Origin: a virus
Strand: one strand, 5' to 3'
DNA length: 18,330 bases
Virus record (IMG/VR): IMGVR_UViG_3300037445_000008
Location: 1 to 18,330 of that record
Part shown: piece by piece, positions 13,961 to 18,330 of the stretch
How positions within the stretch are numbered: the first letter of the stretch is position 1
How the letters are laid out: the number at the start of each line of letters is the position of its first letter
Position numbers and translations under genes: made by a program
Notes under the pieces: model-generated
Told to the model about the DNA's origin: nothing
The model's input: only the letters and a program-made list of their open reading frames with translations
Databases searched by the model: none

Positions 13961-16036
13961 TCACTGCTTGGTGGGTACCTTAGAACCCCCGCCTTTTCCC
14001 TTAGGACGGCTTCCACTATTTCCGCTTCCAGTGCCGTTAACAGTTGCGGGTCCAGCACGCTGGAGAGCTTCAGCCTCTGCTCGCGCGTTAGCAAAATCGA
14101 TCACCCCTTTCGATTCAGTCTCGGACTGCTTCGTCATCGCCGTCAGCACCGAGTCAAAATATTTGAATGCGGTTTCCTGGTCGGACTTGTACTTGTCCTT
14201 CTCGGCGGCGATCTGCTCAGGCAGCGCAGCGATCTGGCTCGCCTGATCGGCTGTCTGCTGTGCCTGCGCCTGTGCCATCTGCTGCTTTTGCTGTGCTGCC
14301 TGCTGTGCTGCCTGTGATGTCGGGTCGATGAAGTAGCTTTCGGGATTGTCGATCAGGTTCACCCGCAGCCAATCGATGGTCATCTTGTACAGCCCCGCCT
14401 TGCTGACCACTTCACCCTCAAGACCCTGTGCCAGCGCCTGGCCATACATCTGCAAGCCCTGGAACAGCGTCTGTGACACATGCATCCGCTCGCCCATGCT
14501 GTAGCCAACATCGACGTTGCAATAGCTGCGTGCCTTCCATTGGCTGGGATCGACCGTCACATATTGGTCGGCCATCTTGATGTTGATTGGCCCGCCGTCG
14601 CCGTCCCTGAGTTCGGCGTGGCTCAGCAGGAAGACGCCGCGCACCAGGCTTTCGGCCAGGTTGCGGATCATATAACTGATCAGGAGTTCAGCCGACGCAT
14701 ACATGCGCTCGACGCCGTGGGCGCTGTCGCCGGCAATCTGCATTTCCGCGCCGATCATCTCGACCGCAGATCCACCGCGTTCGGTGCGCTGCTTGTCGAG
14801 TTCGCGCAAGGCCATCTGGATCGATGGGCCGACATCCGCCACCGGGATCGGCACGATGCTATCCGGTCGCTTCATGCGGATCGGGCGGCCACCTTTCGGC
14901 GTCAGCACGTCTTCCAGTTCGACACCGCCCACCACCGCGCCCAGGCGTCCGTAGGAGCAGTTCTTCACATTCTCGAGCCATTGTGACAGGAACTGTGTCT
15001 TGCTTTCCTGGATGCCGGCCACCTTGTCGGAAAGCGCTTCGCCCTCGTGGCTGTTGGCGATTGGGAACGCGGTGCCAGCGGCATAGGGTATGCGGCCAGC
15101 CTGTTCCGGCTCCAGCAGCCAATCGGGATCGGGGCCGCCGTCCGGCATCCAGACATGATAGAGATAGGCGCGGTCATCCTTCCTGTCGAACGATAGCCAC
15201 GCATAGAGTTCGAAGACGCGGCAGATGTCCATCTGTGACACCACGCCCTTGCCACCCTGCCATTGCTGCTGGGTGATGGTGCGCCCGCCGTATTCCTCGC
15301 CTGAATTGCGCGCCACCGCCGGCAGATCCTTGACCTTCGCCCACGGCACGCCCATCCTCGACAACTCATTACGGGTTTTATAATGAACTTCACCGACGAA
15401 TGGACAGTTGCCAAGCTCCAGTTCATCCCAATCGGGATCGCGGATAAACCGCTCATTGGCGACGGTTTTAACGCGCAGGCGCTTCTGTGTCTTGACGACC
15501 TCAATCCGCGCGGTCTGGCTGTCCTGGTCGTAGCTGACCAGCCGGCGTTTCTCGTTGTGCCGCTCCTCCGGATCGACGGCCATGACCAGGTCCAGCTCCT
15601 CTGGCAGCACTGGCGTGATCTTGATCACCTGGGTGTCGGTATCCGTCTCCCAGAACACCTTGATATAACCGTTGCGGTACATCAGTGCGTTCTGGATGCT
15701 GCCGAGAATGACGCTGTAGCCGCCATTGTCTTCAATCGCGATCTTGTTGACGGCGCGGCTCTCGGACTGCGCCGCCTGCTCGTCTTCGGCAGACTCGCAC
15801 TCATAGGTGACGACGGTATCGGTGGAAAATGACGTCACCGACTGCGCCAGTGCGGCGGTTATCATCGAATTGACATCCGACGATGATACCTGTGCCGCAT
15901 CGCTGCTGGGTGTGCGGTACGCCGTGAACAGATCCCAGGCGCGCTTGCGCTGCTGGTTGCCACTCGACAGAGTGGTGATGGCGTTTTCTATGCGCCCCAA
16001 CAAATCCTGAAATATCGTGTCGTCACGTGAAGCCAT
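13961..16036 (-). CDS. Portal protein, 691 aa
   Basis: Immediately downstream of the large terminase, overlapping it by 14 nt, and of typical portal size. Gln/Ala-rich C-terminal region (QAAQQAAQQKQQMAQAQAQQ) and a basic Gly-rich tail. Confidence 0.75.
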   Translation of the reverse strand: MASRDDTIFQDLLGRIENAITTLSSGNQQRKRAWDLFTAYRTPSSDAAQVSSSDVNSMITAALAQSVTSFSTDTVVTYECESAEDEQAAQSESRAVNKIAIEDNGGYSVILGSIQNALMYRNGYIKVFWETDTDTQVIKITPVLPEELDLVMAVDPEERHNEKRRLVSYDQDSQTARIEVVKTQKRLRVKTVANERFIRDPDWDELELGNCPFVGEVHYKTRNELSRMGVPWAKVKDLPAVARNSGEEYGGRTITQQQWQGGKGVVSQMDICRVFELYAWLSFDRKDDRAYLYHVWMPDGGPDPDWLLEPEQAGRIPYAAGTAFPIANSHEGEALSDKVAGIQESKTQFLSQWLENVKNCSYGRLGAVVGGVELEDVLTPKGGRPIRMKRPDSIVPIPVADVGPSIQMALRELDKQRTERGGSAVEMIGAEMQIAGDSAHGVERMYASAELLISYMIRNLAESLVRGVFLLSHAELRDGDGGPINIKMADQYVTVDPSQWKARSYCNVDVGYSMGERMHVSQTLFQGLQMYGQALAQGLEGEVVSKAGLYKMTIDWLRVNLIDNPESYFIDPTSQAAQQAAQQKQQMAQAQAQQTADQASQIAALPEQIAAEKDKYKSDQETAFKYFDSVLTAMTKQSETESKGVIDFANARAEAEALQRAGPATVNGTGSGNSGSRPKGKGGGSKVPTKQ
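14291..14314 (-). repeat. Perfect 12-bp tandem duplication (ctgtgctgcctg x2) in the portal C-terminal region
   Basis: 14291-14302 equals 14303-14314. It encodes the QAAQ-QAAQ repeat. Confidence 0.85.
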
Positions 16037-17321
16037 CTTGGCGATTGCGGCGTCTCACCAGCCCTGTGAGCGCTCCCCCCTCTAAGGGCATCGACAACTG
16101 ACGATTGGCACTGTGGGTTACTGCAAACATCCGTAGTGCATCAACGCAATGCGATGTCCAATCATGCAATGGTGCCACTTTGAACGCTCTGCGCTTTTCG
16201 TCATAGTCAAATCTGTAATTGACCAAACATTCCAACGCACGCTCCTGTTGATAATCGATCCACAGGTGTGGACAAATCATCCTCACGGCCTCAATTCCGT
16301 CTTCGACGCTCCAGTTTGGCGCTATGTCAAAGTTTATGCCCATCTGCTCCAGGATGTCGGCGCGCGAGCGACCAGAGCCTAGCTCCCTGACCATGATGTC
16401 ATGCGGCACAATGTGCTGCATGTTGCGGTAGCCCATGCCCTTGATGTCGTTGATGATGTCCACCAGGGATGTCAGCGTCCATTCGCGGTAGTCGATGGCG
16501 CGGATTTCTGTGCCGGCCACCTGGATGAACCACACCGACGTCGCATCGGCAAAGCCAAGGTCCCAGGCACACCACACCGGCAGGCTCTTTTCGTATTTCA
16601 CGGACGTGAAGCGGCCAGCGTTCTGTAGCTCGTTCATCTCGGTGCCAAACACCGCCCCCACCAAGGCGGCGTTGAATGAACACATGAACTCCTGCTGGAA
16701 TAGCGGCTCAGACATCTCTCGGCGTGCTGCTTCCACTTCCATCGGGTCGAGCGCGTCCGTCTGCGTCACGTCATAGCAGTGCCAGGACCATTCGGGATCA
16801 TCGGCTGGCTTGCGGCTGAGATCGTACAGCAGGTTCATCCTGCCCTTTGGCGTGCCAAGGATGAGCGCCCTGCCCTTGCGGTCGGCCAGCGCCGGCCTGA
16901 TCACCTCTGGCCATAGGCGCGGATCGCAGTCGGCCACCTCGTCGATGCACACCCAATCGAAGTAATGGCCGCGCAGCGCATCGACGTTATCGCCGCCAGC
17001 CAGCACAAACTTCGCGTCATTCGGTGTGAAGGTGATTGTCAGTTCAGACTCGTTGATCACGAACTGGCCATTGGCATTGCCGCGCACCATGCGGCGCAGA
17101 TAGTCCCAGGCGAGCTTCTTGGCCTGGATGCGGTACGGCGCGATATAGACGCCCCGTGGAGACGGTAATGGGCAGGCCAAGAGATTGGCCCACCCATCAA
17201 CGCAAGCACATACCGTTTTACCGGCGCGGCGATGCATGGCAACGCCACGGTGCCTGTGCTTATCGGTCAGCACCGCCTTTTGGTGCGGTCGCGGATTGAA
17301 GTTGATCCTGCCCTTGAGCAT
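16023..17321 (-). CDS. terL: Terminase large subunit, 432 aa
   Basis: Walker A-like HRRAGKT and Walker B VCIDEVAD. RNase-H-like nuclease motifs follow: AWDLGFADATSVWF, VPHDIMVRE, LHDWTSHCVDALRMFA. ATG at 17321 is preceded by GAGGGG. Confidence 0.9.
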   Translation of the reverse strand: MLKGRINFNPRPHQKAVLTDKHRHRGVAMHRRAGKTVCACVDGWANLLACPLPSPRGVYIAPYRIQAKKLAWDYLRRMVRGNANGQFVINESELTITFTPNDAKFVLAGGDNVDALRGHYFDWVCIDEVADCDPRLWPEVIRPALADRKGRALILGTPKGRMNLLYDLSRKPADDPEWSWHCYDVTQTDALDPMEVEAARREMSEPLFQQEFMCSFNAALVGAVFGTEMNELQNAGRFTSVKYEKSLPVWCAWDLGFADATSVWFIQVAGTEIRAIDYREWTLTSLVDIINDIKGMGYRNMQHIVPHDIMVRELGSGRSRADILEQMGINFDIAPNWSVEDGIEAVRMICPHLWIDYQQERALECLVNYRFDYDEKRRAFKVAPLHDWTSHCVDALRMFAVTHSANRQLSMPLEGGALTGLVRRRNRQDGFT

Positions 17322-17327
17322 TGCCCC

Positions 17328-17528
17328 TCATTTCTCAATCCCCATCAGCAGGCGCACATCCCGCGAAATTCTAGCCGCCACCTCTTGATAATAGACCGCA
17401 TCTTGCAGCCACTCATTCGGATCAAAGCCATCTTTTGCCGCTTGCTTTGCTTGCTCACGGCATCCCATCGCCATCATGTATCTTTGTGCCGCCTGCGTCT
17501 GCACCACCACTTTCGGATCATCACTCAT
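17328..17528 (-). CDS. Hypothetical protein, 66 aa (possible small-terminase component by position)
   Basis: ATGA-coupled to the upstream HTH gene and ends 6 nt before terL. Helical, with no motif recognised. Confidence 0.5.
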   Translation of the reverse strand: MSDDPKVVVQTQAAQRYMMAMGCREQAKQAAKDGFDPNEWLQDAVYYQEVAARISRDVRLLMGIEK

Positions 17529-17746
17529 TTGATGGCAAACCCCACCTGAATGTAGTTCTTCACCTTCATCGTCTCCATCCAGGCGTCGAGATCCTCAGGC
17601 GCGTACCTGATCGCCCCACCTGGGAAGCGCACGAAATAAGGCCCCTCCCCTGACAAGCGCAGCCGCACCATCGTGCTTTCACTGACGCCGAGATACTTGC
17701 CAGCCTCACTGGCCTTGAGATAGCGTTTGGGTTCACCGTCCGTCAT
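17525..17746 (-). CDS. HTH_17/excisionase(MerR)-family DNA-binding protein, 73 aa (possible DNA-recognition subunit of terminase, or a regulator)
   Basis: YLKASEAGKYLGVSESTMVRLRLSGEGPYFVRFPGGAIRYAPEDLDAWME fits the excisionase/AlpA-type HTH pattern. The preferred start is ATG at 17746; the alternative is GTG at 17755. Confidence 0.65.
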   Translation of the reverse strand: MTDGEPKRYLKASEAGKYLGVSESTMVRLRLSGEGPYFVRFPGGAIRYAPEDLDAWMETMKVKNYIQVGFAIK

Positions 17747-17879
17747 GGATATCACGCTCCAGCTTGGCGCGGCGCGCGCGCATCTCCAGCATGAAATGAC
17801 GCAGTAGGAACCACGCAGGCACAGCCGCTATAGCAACTACGATGATGCCACCATCGTTAAACAACCAATCGAAGCTCAT
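17733..17879 (-). CDS. Small single-TM peptide, 48 aa (below the ORF-track cutoff)
   Basis: Hand translation gives MSFDWLFNDGGIIVVAIAAVPAWFLLRHFMLEMRARRAKLERDIHDGR. The ATG at 17879 forms an ATGA overlap with the HNH stop. It fills the only unexplained gap in the packaging module. Confidence 0.4.
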   Translation of the reverse strand: MSFDWLFNDGGIIVVAIAAVPAWFLLRHFMLEMRARRAKLERDIHDGR

Positions 17880-18220
17880 GCTTCACCTCGTTTCGTGAAG
17901 CCACGGCTTCTCATCTTGAACTTACTCGCTGGCCAGGTGCCGTTGTGCTTGGCTTCCACCCGCTTGACCTTGGCAATCATGGCCGCATCATCAGCCGTCT
18001 TGCCACCCTCGCCGCGATGGCAGGGAATGCACACCACCTGGCAATTGCCGACTGTGCTGTCACGCGTCAGAAAGTAAGGGATGATGTGATCAAACTCGTA
18101 TTTGTGGATACCAGCGTGCAGCACCGCGCCGCAGATCTCGCAGAAGTTCTTGCAGCGCTCGAAAGCCTGCTGTCGCACCTTCATCGTGAACTCGTCTCTA
18201 CTCATTTCGTCCTCGGTCAT
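17876..18220 (-). CDS. HNH endonuclease, 114 aa
   Basis: CEIC...FDHIIP...VGNCQVVCIPCH gives a CxxC/CxxC zinc knuckle plus the H-N-H catalytic residues. It lies upstream of the terminase genes, as in HNH-dependent cos-packaging phages. Confidence 0.85.
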   Translation of the reverse strand: MTEDEMSRDEFTMKVRQQAFERCKNFCEICGAVLHAGIHKYEFDHIIPYFLTRDSTVGNCQVVCIPCHRGEGGKTADDAAMIAKVKRVEAKHNGTWPASKFKMRSRGFTKRGEA

Positions 18221-18330
18221 TTGGCACCATTGCCCTCACCACAATAGCAAACGGCACCAAATGACACAACAGGTATGCGGTAAACTGTCCCTTGCATGTG
18301 GCTAGCATCACCGTCCTTTCCCAAACGCCA
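18204..18330. repeat. Right copy of the exact 127-bp terminal duplication
   Basis: Identical to 1-127. Confidence 0.95.
18241..18269 (-). promoter_or_regulatory. Candidate sigma70-type promoter for the whole minus-strand array (TTGTGT-N17-TATTGT)
   Basis: Minus-strand -35 is at 18264-18269 and -10 at 18241-18246, with a 17-nt spacer. The predicted TSS is ~14 nt before the HNH ATG. It lies in the 155-nt junction region, one of only two non-coding stretches longer than 100 nt, and is duplicated at 38-66. Sequence match only. Confidence 0.3.

Noticed and set aside
13813-14094. 93-aa minus-strand ORF spanning the portal stop and the scaffold start
   Set aside because: It overlaps both flanking genes out of frame and ends in an Arg/Ala/Asp-rich string. 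The 41-nt gap already contains the GGAG RBS for the scaffold gene. Probably spurious, although its N-terminal half looks protein-like.
17525-17746. Excisionase, and therefore a temperate integrating lifestyle
   Set aside because: No integrase, recombinase or att-like repeat is present in the closed genome. Its position next to terL suggests a Nu1-like packaging or regulatory role instead.

Overview
This window is one complete small tailed-phage genome (podovirus-like layout), not a chromosomal segment. Bases 1-127 are identical to 18204-18330, so the unique unit is 18,203 bp and closes into a circle or is terminally redundant. All ~28 credible genes are on the minus strand in one very compact array, with eight ATGA stop/start overlaps. 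Gene order in the direction of transcription, from high to low coordinates: HNH endonuclease, 48-aa TM peptide, HTH_17/excisionase-like DNA binder, 66-aa protein, large terminase, portal, scaffold, major capsid, three small proteins, adaptor-like protein, tail fibre with self-cleaving S74 chaperone domain, 509-aa tail protein, two small proteins, three Gly/Ala/Gln-rich internal (ejection-type) proteins, a low-GC cassette, M15 peptidase, two unknowns, GH25 endolysin, two small membrane proteins, and a 93-aa unknown. The low-GC cassette holds a winged-helix protein next to a structured 160-nt non-coding region. I recognise no DNA polymerase, primase, helicase, integrase, recombinase, RNA polymerase, tRNA or CRISPR array. 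The long plus-strand ORFs are antisense shadows typical of ~60% GC DNA. Four things deserve a second look. (1) The winged-helix cassette is bracketed by a duplicated RBS+ATGGG motif and sits where P22 carries immI. (2) The adjacent hairpin-rich non-coding region has a strong plus-strand intrinsic terminator, a TTGACA box and an SD-sequestering inverted repeat, so it may be a small antisense RNA or a cis-regulatory leader. (3) The closed genome has no recognisable replication module. (4) There are further low-GC3 mosaic patches in the terminase nuclease domain and around a 49-aa coiled-coil ORF. Host is probably alphaproteobacterial. That rests only on GC content and codon usage and is weak.
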